Made by a program: the position numbers and the translations under genes
NCBI GenBank assembly: GCA_963725865.1
Contig: CAVSAC010000012.1
Span: forward strand, 576,001-640,000
Length of the DNA stretch: 64,000 nucleotides
From: Candidatus Eiseniibacteriota bacterium
GTDB lineage: Bacteria; Eisenbacteria; RBG-16-71-46
Direction: 5' to 3'
In this document: positions 45,336 through 53,885 of the stretch, piece by piece
Numbering within the stretch: position 1 is the first letter of the stretch
Layout of the letters: each line of letters begins with the position of its first letter
Notes under the pieces: model-generated
Databases searched by the model: none
What the model was told of the DNA's origin: nothing
Seen by the model: only the letters and a program-made list of their open reading frames with translations

Positions 45336-47003
45336 ATGCATCACCCGTCTCAGCAACCTCACGGCCCCCGGACGCACGAGCGAGGGATCGCCCTGGTGGC
45401 GGCAGTGCTGCTCCTGCTGCTCACCTCGGTGCTGGCCGGCACGTTCATGGCGTCCACCTCGAGTGAACGCTCGATCTCCGGCAACGTCCACGTGGCGCGC
45501 GCGTCCCTGGTGGCCGCCGACGCCGGCGTGCGCGTCGCCCAGCAGTTCATGGCCAATGTCGGCAAGACCAAGCTCGACAGCTGCAACACCGCCTGGACCG
45601 GCGTGGGTGTGGTCGTGAAGAAGCCGGATAGTCTGTTCAAGACCGGCGCCTACCTGGTCTCGAGCACCAACCCGCGTTTCACCGCCTCCGGCACGGTGGC
45701 GTTCGTGGATTCGGCGCTCTCGGACAGCTCGCAGACCTACGACTACCAGTACACCATCACGTCCTCCGGCGGTTTCGGCGCCGCCGGCGGCCGCGCCGTG
45801 CTGAGCCGCGGCATCCTGCGACTCAGCGTCAACCGCGGCAGCTTCTCGGACTACCTGATCTTCACGAACACGCACCTGACGCCGAGCGGCAGCGACATCT
45901 GGTTCACGTCGGGCACCACGTTCGACGGGCGCGTGCACACCAACGGCGAGTTCCGATTCGCGTATCAGCCCTACTTCCAGGACCTGGTGACGAGCGTGAA
46001 CAGCCGCGCGTGGTACTACAACACGGGCAATCCCAAGGAGCTGAACGCCAACTACAACGGCGTGAAGGACGTCCCCGAGTTCCACGGCGGCTTCACGCGC
46101 GGGACCGCGAACATCCCGTTGCCGAGCAACTCGTTCAACCAGCAGAGCGCGGCACTGGGGCTCGGCGGCGGGTCGGTGGCGCCGACCAACAACCTGATCA
46201 ACTACGCGATCACCGGCGGCGCCAGCTCCAGCGGCAGCGCGCCGGCGAACGGCATCTACCCGGTGTACTACGACAACGCGGGCGTCAAGAACATGACCGG
46301 TGGCTTCTACATCGTGGGCAGCCTCGACTCGTGCACGATGTACGCCACCGGCACCGGCCAGCAGGTCTATCGTCTCAAGCAGGGCGCGACGCTCAAGATC
46401 ATCACGGTCGATCCGGCGGCCAACACCACCTCGGTCAAGGTCGGTGCGGCCTCGCCTGTGGTCTACGGCGGCGTGCCGCCCGCCAACGTCCTGTACGTGA
46501 CCGGCAGCATCTCGAACCTCTGCGGCCCGAATCGCCCGACCGCCAACGGCACGCCGCCGCCGACGATCGCGGCCAGCAACCAGCTGCTCATCACCGCGGT
46601 CAACGACATCGTCATCCAGCGCGACATCACCTATCAGGACTACTACAACGGCCAGAACGTGCTGGGGATCTATTCGCAGAACGGCAGCGTCCGGGTCGGC
46701 TCCAACGCCCCGAACGACATGCGCCTCGACGGGTTCGTGATGGCGACCGGCGCCACGGCCGGCTTCTCGGTCGACAACTACAATTCGGGCAGCCCGAAGG
46801 GGACGTTCCACCTCCGTGGCGGCATGGTGTCGTCGTACTACGGCGCGTTCGGGCAGTTCAACACCGACGGCACGCCGGCGCACGGTTACAATCGCGACTT
46901 CCACTACGACCGGCGCGGTTTCAAGCCGCCGTTCTTCCCCACCACCACCCGCTTCGACGTCGACACGCCCGTGGCCCGGACGCTGTCGTGGCAGGAGATG
47001 TGA
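45336..47003 (+). CDS. Large PilX-like pilin with extended beta-rich domain (ComZ/DUF4900-like)
   Basis: RG|IALVA lacking Glu5, AADAG; FDGRVHTNGEF and YYGAFG..GY.RDFHYD..PPFFP motifs. Confidence 0.8.
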   Translation: MHHPSQQPHGPRTHERGIALVAAVLLLLLTSVLAGTFMASTSSERSISGNVHVARASLVAADAGVRVAQQFMANVGKTKLDSCNTAWTGVGVVVKKPDSLFKTGAYLVSSTNPRFTASGTVAFVDSALSDSSQTYDYQYTITSSGGFGAAGGRAVLSRGILRLSVNRGSFSDYLIFTNTHLTPSGSDIWFTSGTTFDGRVHTNGEFRFAYQPYFQDLVTSVNSRAWYYNTGNPKELNANYNGVKDVPEFHGGFTRGTANIPLPSNSFNQQSAALGLGGGSVAPTNNLINYAITGGASSSGSAPANGIYPVYYDNAGVKNMTGGFYIVGSLDSCTMYATGTGQQVYRLKQGATLKIITVDPAANTTSVKVGAASPVVYGGVPPANVLYVTGSISNLCGPNRPTANGTPPPTIAASNQLLITAVNDIVIQRDITYQDYYNGQNVLGIYSQNGSVRVGSNAPNDMRLDGFVMATGATAGFSVDNYNSGSPKGTFHLRGGMVSSYYGAFGQFNTDGTPAHGYNRDFHYDRRGFKPPFFPTTTRFDVDTPVARTLSWQEM

Positions 47004-47239
47004 TGAGGATCACCGTGAAGAAGCAGCCCGAGCCGCGATCGCCCTTGTGGTGGGTCGCGGGAGCCGCCGTCGCCCTGGTCGTGGTGTGGGGCGCGATGTC
47101 GATGTTCCAGCACCCGGCGCGGCGAGCCCCCAGGGCCACCGCCTCACCGACCCAGCCGGCCGATGCGGCGCAGCCGCAGGCGCAGGAGCAGCCGAGCGTG
47201 CCGTCGCTTCCGCCGCGGGGCGGCGTCAGCGACATGTGA
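47003..47239 (+). CDS. Small single-TM hypothetical protein (78 aa)
   Basis: TGATG overlap, AGGAG SD, basic N-terminus plus hydrophobic helix, precedes hairpin. Confidence 0.65.
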   Translation: MRITVKKQPEPRSPLWWVAGAAVALVVVWGAMSMFQHPARRAPRATASPTQPADAAQPQAQEQPSVPSLPPRGGVSDM

Positions 47240-47255
47240 GTCGTGCTTCCGATCG

Positions 47256-47287
47256 ACGGCCCCGGACGTTCGCTCGTCCGGGGCCGT
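47256..47287 (+). terminator. Hairpin ending the pilin operon
   Basis: acggccccggacg-ttcgct-cgtccggggccgt. Confidence 0.65.
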
Positions 47288-47315
47288 TCGTATCCGTGTG
47301 CTAGATTCCGTGCCC

Positions 47316-48422
47316 ATGCCCCGTCCCGTGTACGAGTACCTCGAGTGGAGCAAGGCGCACGCCGGGCGCCACGCGCACGATCTCGCCGACAGCGCGGTGG
47401 TCGCTCCGGACCTCGCAGCGCTCGGGCTGCCGGCGGCCGCCCCGATGCCGGCCGGCGGCTACGCCGCCGCGCTCCCCGCGCTCGAGCGGGCACTCGGCGC
47501 GCGCAGCGGGGCCCCCGGCGGACGCGTGCTGGCGGCTGCCGGCGCGAGCGAAGCCAATGCGATCGTCGCCGCCGCGCTGCTCGAGCCGGGGGACGAGGTG
47601 CTGGTCGAATCGCCGGGTTACCAGCCCCTCCATCGCACGCCCGAGCTGTTCGGAGCGCGCGTGCGGGGCTTCATGCGCAGGGCGTCGCACGGCTTCGGCG
47701 ACCTCGGCAGCTCGCTCGAGGTCGCGGTCGGTCCCGACACCCGCATGGTGGTGGCCACCGACCTCCACAATCCGAGCGGCGCCGCGCTCGAGCCGCGCGA
47801 CCTCGACGCGCTCGACCGACTCGCGGCCCGCCGCGGCGTGTGGATCGTGGTGGACGAGACCTTCCGTGACGCCTCCACGCGACCGCTCGGCACGCTCGCC
47901 GAGCGCGGGCCGCGCTGGGTCTGCACGTCCACGCTCACCAAGGCCTACGGCCTCGGCGGCCTTCGTCTGGGCTGGATCGCCGGCAGCGCCGAGGCGCTGG
48001 CGCGCTGCGCCAACGTCCAGAACGGGCTCTCCGGGGCGCCGGCGCTGCCGAGCGTGGCGCTGGCGCTGGCGCTCGCTCCGCACCTCGACGCGCTGCGAGC
48101 GCGCGGGCACCAGGTGCTGGCGACCAACCACGAGGCGCTGGGCGCGTTCGCGCGCGAGCACTCCTGGTGCCGGCTCGCGGTTCCCCCGGCCGGCACCACG
48201 GCGTTCATCGCGCTGCCACTGGGGCTCGACGGGGACGCGCTTTCGGAGCGCGCCGCCTCCGAGTTCGACCTCGCGGTCACGCCCGGCCGCTTCTTCGGCG
48301 ATCCACACGGCGTGCGCATCGCGCTCGGGGGAGAACCCGCGCGCTTCGCCGCCGCCCTCGACACCCTGGATCGCGCGGTGGCCTCGCTGGCCGCCGGCAT
48401 CCGCACCGGAGGAATCCGATGA
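47316..48422 (+). CDS. PLP-dependent aminotransferase class I/II
   Basis: HNPSG, VVDETF, TLTKAYGLGGLRLGW. Confidence 0.9.
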   Translation: MPRPVYEYLEWSKAHAGRHAHDLADSAVVAPDLAALGLPAAAPMPAGGYAAALPALERALGARSGAPGGRVLAAAGASEANAIVAAALLEPGDEVLVESPGYQPLHRTPELFGARVRGFMRRASHGFGDLGSSLEVAVGPDTRMVVATDLHNPSGAALEPRDLDALDRLAARRGVWIVVDETFRDASTRPLGTLAERGPRWVCTSTLTKAYGLGGLRLGWIAGSAEALARCANVQNGLSGAPALPSVALALALAPHLDALRARGHQVLATNHEALGAFAREHSWCRLAVPPAGTTAFIALPLGLDGDALSERAASEFDLAVTPGRFFGDPHGVRIALGGEPARFAAALDTLDRAVASLAAGIRTGGIR

Positions 48423-48880
48423 CCGATCCATCCATCCTCGAGCGCATCCAGGTCGATCTGGCCGCCGCGATGAAGCGCCAGGACGCTCCGACCCTCAGCA
48501 CGCTGCGCATGCTGAAGTCGGCGCTGATGGAGGCCAAGACGCGCAAGCCCAAGGACGCCACGCTGAGCGCCGACGAGGAGATCGAGGTGCTGCAGCGCTA
48601 CGCCAAGAAGCGCCGCGAGTCGATCGAGGAATTCAAGCGCCTCGGCCTCAGCGACAAGGTCGGCGACGAGGAGCGCGAGATCGCGGTCACCCAGCGCTAC
48701 CTGCCCCAGGCGCTCTCGGAGGAGGAGGTGCGCGCCGTGGTGCGCGAGGCGGTGGCGGCCACCGGCGCGAGCGGGCCCCGCGAGATGGGCAAGGTGATCG
48801 GCGCGGTGATGGCGAAGGTCAAGGGCCGGGCCGAGGGCGGCCTGGTCTCCCGGCTCGTGAAGGAAGCGCTCGGCGGCTGA
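48419..48880 (+). CDS. GatB/YqeY-domain protein
   Basis: AAMK, KKRRESIEEF, YLPQAL, MGKVIG..KGRAEG. Confidence 0.93.
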   Translation: MTDPSILERIQVDLAAAMKRQDAPTLSTLRMLKSALMEAKTRKPKDATLSADEEIEVLQRYAKKRRESIEEFKRLGLSDKVGDEEREIAVTQRYLPQALSEEEVRAVVREAVAATGASGPREMGKVIGAVMAKVKGRAEGGLVSRLVKEALGG

Positions 48881-48972
48881 CGTCGCGCCGGTCGTCGCAC
48901 CCACGGCGCCCGGCTCCCCGCCGGGCGCCGTCGCGTTGCTGGCGGACCCGGCGCGCGGTCGCCCACCACGAC

Positions 48973-49863
48973 TCAGGGTGCCGGGGGCGGCGCGGCGCTC
49001 GTGTCCGCGGCCGCGCGCTCGAGCGCGTCCGGCGGCGGCTCGTCGGTGCCGAGCCCCGTGCTGTCGACCGCCCCGCCGTCGACCGCCGGCGCGGGCGGTG
49101 GCAGTCCGACGATCGCGCGGTACTGCGCGTCGTCGAGCGCGCCGCGCCGCCGCAGGCGCGAGGCGATCAGGCGCACGCGGCGCTCGATGCGTCGCGTGGG
49201 CGCCGTCGGCGCGTAGCGGCGCGGATTGATGATCACCGCCGCCAGCCGCACCGACTGCTCCGCGTCGAGCGCGGCGGCCGAGGTGCCGTACCAGCGGTTC
49301 GCGGCCGCCTCGATACCGTAGACGCCGTCGCCCCATTCGATGAGGTTCAGGTACAGCTCGAAGATGCGCCGCTTGGACAGCGTGTGCTCGAGCCGCAGCG
49401 CCAGGAACAGCTCCTCGAGCTTGCGCCACGGAGTGCGCTCGGGGCCCAGCCACAGGTTCTTCGCCAGCTGCTGGGTGATGGTGCTGCCGCCGCGGCTGAA
49501 GCGACGCTGCTCGAGGTCCTTGCGCGCGGACGCCTTGATCTCGTTCCAGTCGAGTCCGCCGTGCTGAAAGAACGCATCGTCCTCCGCCACCAGTACCGCG
49601 CGCCGCAGGTACGGCGAGATGCTGCCGTAGGGCACCCAGCGCTGCACCGTGCGCGGGGTGCGGCCGGCGGCGCGGGCCTCGGCTTCGCGCCGCAGCATCA
49701 TCGCGGTGCGGCGCGGAACGCGTCCGCGCAGGGCGCCCACGTCCACCGCCGCCGCCCGGAAGCCCGCCCACGCGACCATCGCCACCAGCGCCAATGCCAC
49801 CGCCAGCAGCACGGCACGCAGCCCCGCCGGCCAGCCGCCGCGCGTACGCCGCCGCGCGCTCAC
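48973..49863 (-). CDS. mtgA: Monofunctional peptidoglycan transglycosylase (start uncertain, 49863 or 49875)
   Basis: AEDDAFFQH, GGSTITQQLAKNLWL, RKLEE, YLNLIEWG. Confidence 0.9.
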   Translation of the reverse strand: MSARRRTRGGWPAGLRAVLLAVALALVAMVAWAGFRAAAVDVGALRGRVPRRTAMMLRREAEARAAGRTPRTVQRWVPYGSISPYLRRAVLVAEDDAFFQHGGLDWNEIKASARKDLEQRRFSRGGSTITQQLAKNLWLGPERTPWRKLEELFLALRLEHTLSKRRIFELYLNLIEWGDGVYGIEAAANRWYGTSAAALDAEQSVRLAAVIINPRRYAPTAPTRRIERRVRLIASRLRRRGALDDAQYRAIVGLPPPAPAVDGGAVDSTGLGTDEPPPDALERAAADTSAAPPPAP

Positions 49864-50190
49864 GAGCGGCGCCACCGGCAGGCGGCCCGGCGAGGGCTGT
49901 GGCGCGGAGTCGACGGCCGATGGGCTCGCAGCATGCGGATCCCTGCCAGGGCCTGGACGGAGTTCGGGGAGCGGACGCGGGCGGGATTCTAGGAGCCGGC
50001 CGCGACGTCCCACAAGCCCGCGCCGCGCGCGATCGCGGGGAGGTGCGGACGGTGCTGCTCCGCGCCCGCCGGATCCGCGGTCGCGCGCCGGCCTTGCCGC
50101 CGCGCGCGCGCGCTTCCTATACTGAGCCGCCATCGCGCCGCGGCGCGCCGCGCGCGCCCTCCGACCTCGACCTCCACAGCGGAAGACCCC

Positions 50191-50991
50191 ATGACGACCT
50201 CGACCAGCTCCTCCTACCGCAACCTGCGGCTCGACCTGCGCGGGCCGGTGACCGTGCTGCTCGTGAACCGCCCGAGCGTGCTGAACGCCATCGACCGCGC
50301 GACGCTGGTCGAGCTCGAGGACGCGATCGCGCGCTTCGTCGCCGACGACGCGCAGGGCGCGCTGATCCTCACTGGCGAGGGCGAGAAGGCGTTCATCGCC
50401 GGCGCCGACATCAACGAGCTGGCGGTGCTGGGTCCGCGCGACGCCGAGGCGATCTCGCGCTTCGGTCAGCGCGTGGTGGATGCGCTCGAGCACTCGCCCA
50501 AACCGGTGATCGCGGCGATCAACGGCTACGCGTTCGGCGGCGGCTGCGAACTGGCGCTCGGCTGCCACATGCGGCTCGCCTCCGAGAACGCTGTGATGGG
50601 CCTGCCCGAGGTGGGGCTGGGCATCATCCCGGGCTACGGTGGCACCCAGCGCCTGCCGCGGCTGGTGGGGCAGGGGCGCGCGCTGGAGCTGATCCTGAGC
50701 GGCCGGCGCGTGAAGGCCGACGAGGCCGAGCGCATCGGCCTCGTGAACCGCGTGGTCCCGCTGGCGGAGCTGCTCCCCGAGGCCGAGAAGCTGGCGCTGG
50801 CGATCCTCAAGAACGGTCCCCTGGCGGTGGAGGCCGCGCTGGAGTCGGTGGTGCGCGGCATGTCGCTGCCGCTCCGCGAAGGCCTGCGCTTCGAGAGCGG
50901 GCGCTTCGGGATCGTCGCCTCGAGCGAGGACATGCACGAGGGCCTGAAGGCGTTCCTCGAGAAGCGTCCGGCGCGATTCACGCGGCGCTGA
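50191..50991 (+). CDS. Enoyl-CoA hydratase (crotonase)
   Basis: FIAGADI, GYAFGGGCEL, PEVGLGIIPGYGGTQRL. Confidence 0.93.
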   Translation: MTTSTSSSYRNLRLDLRGPVTVLLVNRPSVLNAIDRATLVELEDAIARFVADDAQGALILTGEGEKAFIAGADINELAVLGPRDAEAISRFGQRVVDALEHSPKPVIAAINGYAFGGGCELALGCHMRLASENAVMGLPEVGLGIIPGYGGTQRLPRLVGQGRALELILSGRRVKADEAERIGLVNRVVPLAELLPEAEKLALAILKNGPLAVEAALESVVRGMSLPLREGLRFESGRFGIVASSEDMHEGLKAFLEKRPARFTRR

Positions 50992-51021
50992 CGCCGGCCG
51001 GTCACGCTCGCCAGACCGGCG

Positions 51022-51050
51022 TTGATGCCGGAGGCGGACCTGCCGATAAT
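51022..51050 (+). promoter_or_regulatory. sigma70-type promoter for mgtC-like gene
   Basis: TTGATG-17 nt-GATAAT. Confidence 0.55.
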
Positions 51051-51071
51051 GCCGGGCACAGGGAGGTGTCC

Positions 51072-51503
51072 ATGAACGATGTCGTCGCCATGCTCGTCTC
51101 GACGGTGCTGGGAACGCTCGTCGGGTGGGAGCGCCAGATGGGCCGCAAGCCGGCCGGGCTGCGCACCCACACGTTGGTCTGCCTCGGCTCGACGATGTTC
51201 GTCCTGCTCACGTCGCACGCGGCGGCCGAGTTCGGCGGCAAGGGGATCGACGCCACCCGCATCATCCACGGCGTCGTGACGGGCGTCGGGTTCCTCGGCG
51301 CGGGCAGCATCATGCGCCAGGAGGGCTTCGTCCACGGGCTGACGACCGCGGCGAGCGTATGGATGGTGGCCGCCATCGGCGTGTCGGTGGGCGTGCGCGC
51401 CTACGGACTCGCGATCACCGGGACGGTGCTCGCGCTGATCGTGCTCGAGGGCTATCGCTGGGTGGAGCGCTTCCTCTCGCCGGACCAGGACAGCAACGGC
51501 TGA
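51072..51503 (+). CDS. MgtC/SapB-family membrane protein (short form)
   Basis: GWER, AGLRTH, GVGFLGAG, GLTTAA; GGAGG SD. Confidence 0.92.
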   Translation: MNDVVAMLVSTVLGTLVGWERQMGRKPAGLRTHTLVCLGSTMFVLLTSHAAAEFGGKGIDATRIIHGVVTGVGFLGAGSIMRQEGFVHGLTTAASVWMVAAIGVSVGVRAYGLAITGTVLALIVLEGYRWVERFLSPDQDSNG

Positions 51504-51520
51504 GGCCGGACGGACGGACC

Positions 51521-51561
51521 ACGAGGCCGCTCGCGGAGCAGTCCGCGCGGGCGGCCTTCGT
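51521..51561. terminator. Hairpin between convergent mgtC-like gene and small ORF
   Basis: aggccgctcgcgga..tccgcgcgggcggcct imperfect inverted repeat. Confidence 0.5.
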
Positions 51562-51602
51562 CATCACCCCGCCGGCGGGACGCGACCCGATCCGCGGCCG
51601 CG

Positions 51603-51686
51603 TCAGATCCGCGGGGTCACGAAGAACAGCACCACCAGCAGGAACGCGATCGACATCAGGTAGAGGACGTCGCGTGTGCGCGGCAT
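51603..51686 (-). CDS. 27-aa hydrophobic membrane peptide
   Basis: MPRTRDVLYLMSIAFLLVVLFFVTPRI, GGGAGGTG SD, host-like codons. Confidence 0.6.
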   Translation of the reverse strand: MPRTRDVLYLMSIAFLLVVLFFVTPRI

Positions 51687-51966
51687 CACGCACCTCCCGT
51701 GCGTCCCGCTCGCCCCGCGAGCGGGGAGTGGACCCACAATCCCTGTGGGGGGCCGCAACGGACGGCCGCCGCCGAAAGCGAGTGGACTTTCCCGCTCGCG
51801 GGGGACCACGTCAAGCTCCAACCTCGCTCCCGGGCCCCGGAAGCCCGCCGCTCCGCGGGCGTATTACCTGTGGAACGGTGCGGCGCCGGGCGCCCATACT
51901 GACCCCAGCGGCGCAGCACCGGGACTTCGTGACTCGGCCGGGCGGCCTTCCACCAGGAGGTTGCGC

Positions 51967-52707
51967 GTGAAACCCCACGAACCCCAGGTCGCGCTGTACG
52001 CGTTCATGCCCTACGGAGCGCCCGAGCTGCTCGAATCGCAGCGCGCGCACATGAGCCGCGCGCTGTTCGCCGGCACGCTCCTTGTCACCGCCTCGATGCT
52101 CGTGGTCTGCCTGGTCGGTTCGCGGCTGCACACGTCCGCCGCGCCCGACCGGTTCACCACCACGGTCAACCTCACCGACGTCCTGTTCGAGCCGCCGCCC
52201 ACGATGACGCACTTCGAGATCCCGAGCGTGCCGATCGCGCCGCCCGTGGCCGTGCCGAGCGGAGGCGACGTCCTGCCGGTGCGGGACGACCTCGCGAATC
52301 CCGCGGCGACGGTCAAGTCGCAGCCCGCGCTGGTCGAGGAACACCCCGGCACGACCGCGGGGGAGCCGGGTCCGCGCGTCGCGATCACTCCGATTCCCGA
52401 GGAGACGATGCCCGCGCCCGACGACGTGCCGTTCGTCGACGAGTTGCCATCGGTGGCGCAGCGCGTGCTGCCCGTCTATCCCGAGCTGGCCCGTGACGCC
52501 GGCGTCGAAGGCACGGTGCTGGTGCAGGCGCTGGTCGGCAAGGACGGCCGCGTGAAGGATGTGCGCGTCCAGCCCGGCCACTCGATCCCGCTGCTCGACG
52601 ACGCCGCGCTCGACGCGGTGAAGCGCTGGGTGTTCACGCCCGCGCTCCAGAACGGCCACCCGGTGCCGGTGTGGGTGCGGGTGCCGGTGATCTTCCGACT
52701 GCACTGA
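51967..52707 (+). CDS. tonB: Energy transducer TonB-family protein
   Basis: AGGAGG SD, TM helix, Pro-rich linker, YPELARDAGVEGTV, WVFTPA..G.PV.VWV. Confidence 0.9.
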   Translation: MKPHEPQVALYAFMPYGAPELLESQRAHMSRALFAGTLLVTASMLVVCLVGSRLHTSAAPDRFTTTVNLTDVLFEPPPTMTHFEIPSVPIAPPVAVPSGGDVLPVRDDLANPAATVKSQPALVEEHPGTTAGEPGPRVAITPIPEETMPAPDDVPFVDELPSVAQRVLPVYPELARDAGVEGTVLVQALVGKDGRVKDVRVQPGHSIPLLDDAALDAVKRWVFTPALQNGHPVPVWVRVPVIFRLH

Positions 52708-52779
52708 GCGCGATCCGTCCGGGACGCGCGAGGCCCCGCGGGCGCGCCGCGGGCGGGGCCTCGATGCGCGTGGCGGCGA

Positions 52780-53853
52780 CTAAGCCGGCACCCCGGCGCG
52801 GTCGAGCTCGGCCAGCACCAGGTCGCCGACCTGCGTGGTGCCCATCCCGGAGTCGGTGCCGAGCGCGGGCAGGCGCTTCGACGACAGCAGCCCCGCCACT
52901 GCGGCCTCGATGCGGGCCGCTCCGCGCGCCTCACCGAGGTAGTCGAGCATCATCTGCACCGCCATGATCGTGGCGATCGGATTCGCGACGTTCTGCCCGG
53001 CGTGCTTGGGCGCGGAGCCGTGAATGGGCTCGAACAGGCTGACCTGCCCCGGGTGGATGTTGCCGCTCGCCGCCACGCCGAGCCCGCCCTGGATCATCGC
53101 CGCGAGGTCGGTGAAGATGTCGCCGAACATGTTGCTGGTCACCACCGTGTCGAACCACTCGGGGTTCTTCACCACGTACATGCAGGCGGCGTCGATGTAG
53201 TTGTGCTCGCGCGTGACGTCCGGGTACTCGGCGCCGACCTCGGCGAACGTGCGGGTCCAGAGGTCCATCGCGCGGACGGCGTTCGCCTTGTCGACCAGCG
53301 TGAGCTTCTTCGCGCGGCCGCGCGCGCGGCACAGCTCGAACGCGTAGCGGATCACGCGCTCCACGCCCTTGCGCGTGAAGATGATCTCCTGGGTGGCCAC
53401 CTCGTCGGGCGTGCCCTTCTTGAAGAAGCCGCGCATGCCGGCGTAGGCGTCCTCGGTGTTCTCTCGCACCACCACGAAGTCCACGTGCTCGGGGCGCTTG
53501 TCCTTGAGCGGGCACAGGTGCTCCGCGTACAGCTTCACCGGCCGCAGGTTCACGAACAGATCGAGCTCGAAGCGCAGCTTCGCGATGATGCCGAATTCGA
53601 GCAGCCCGACCTCGATGCGCGGATCGCCGATCGCCCCCAGCAGGATCGCGCGCTGGCGCTTCACCTCGCTGAACGCCGAGTCGGGGAAGATCTCCTTCGT
53701 CTTCAGGTAGTGCTCGGCGCCGAACGGATAGCGCGTCGGCCGCACCGCGAAGCCCTCGATCGCGGCCACCCGCTCGAGGACGCGCAGGCCCTCGCGCACC
53801 ACCTCGGGACCGATGCCGTCGCCCGGGATCACGGCGATGTCGTACGAGCGCAT
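52780..53853 (-). CDS. Isocitrate/isopropylmalate (beta-decarboxylating) dehydrogenase family, LeuB-like
   Basis: [33 protein letters not shown]. Confidence 0.88.
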   Translation of the reverse strand: MRSYDIAVIPGDGIGPEVVREGLRVLERVAAIEGFAVRPTRYPFGAEHYLKTKEIFPDSAFSEVKRQRAILLGAIGDPRIEVGLLEFGIIAKLRFELDLFVNLRPVKLYAEHLCPLKDKRPEHVDFVVVRENTEDAYAGMRGFFKKGTPDEVATQEIIFTRKGVERVIRYAFELCRARGRAKKLTLVDKANAVRAMDLWTRTFAEVGAEYPDVTREHNYIDAACMYVVKNPEWFDTVVTSNMFGDIFTDLAAMIQGGLGVAASGNIHPGQVSLFEPIHGSAPKHAGQNVANPIATIMAVQMMLDYLGEARGAARIEAAVAGLLSSKRLPALGTDSGMGTTQVGDLVLAELDRAGVPA

Positions 53854-53885
53854 CTCGGCTCCTTTCGCGCGGCGCGCGCCGCGGG

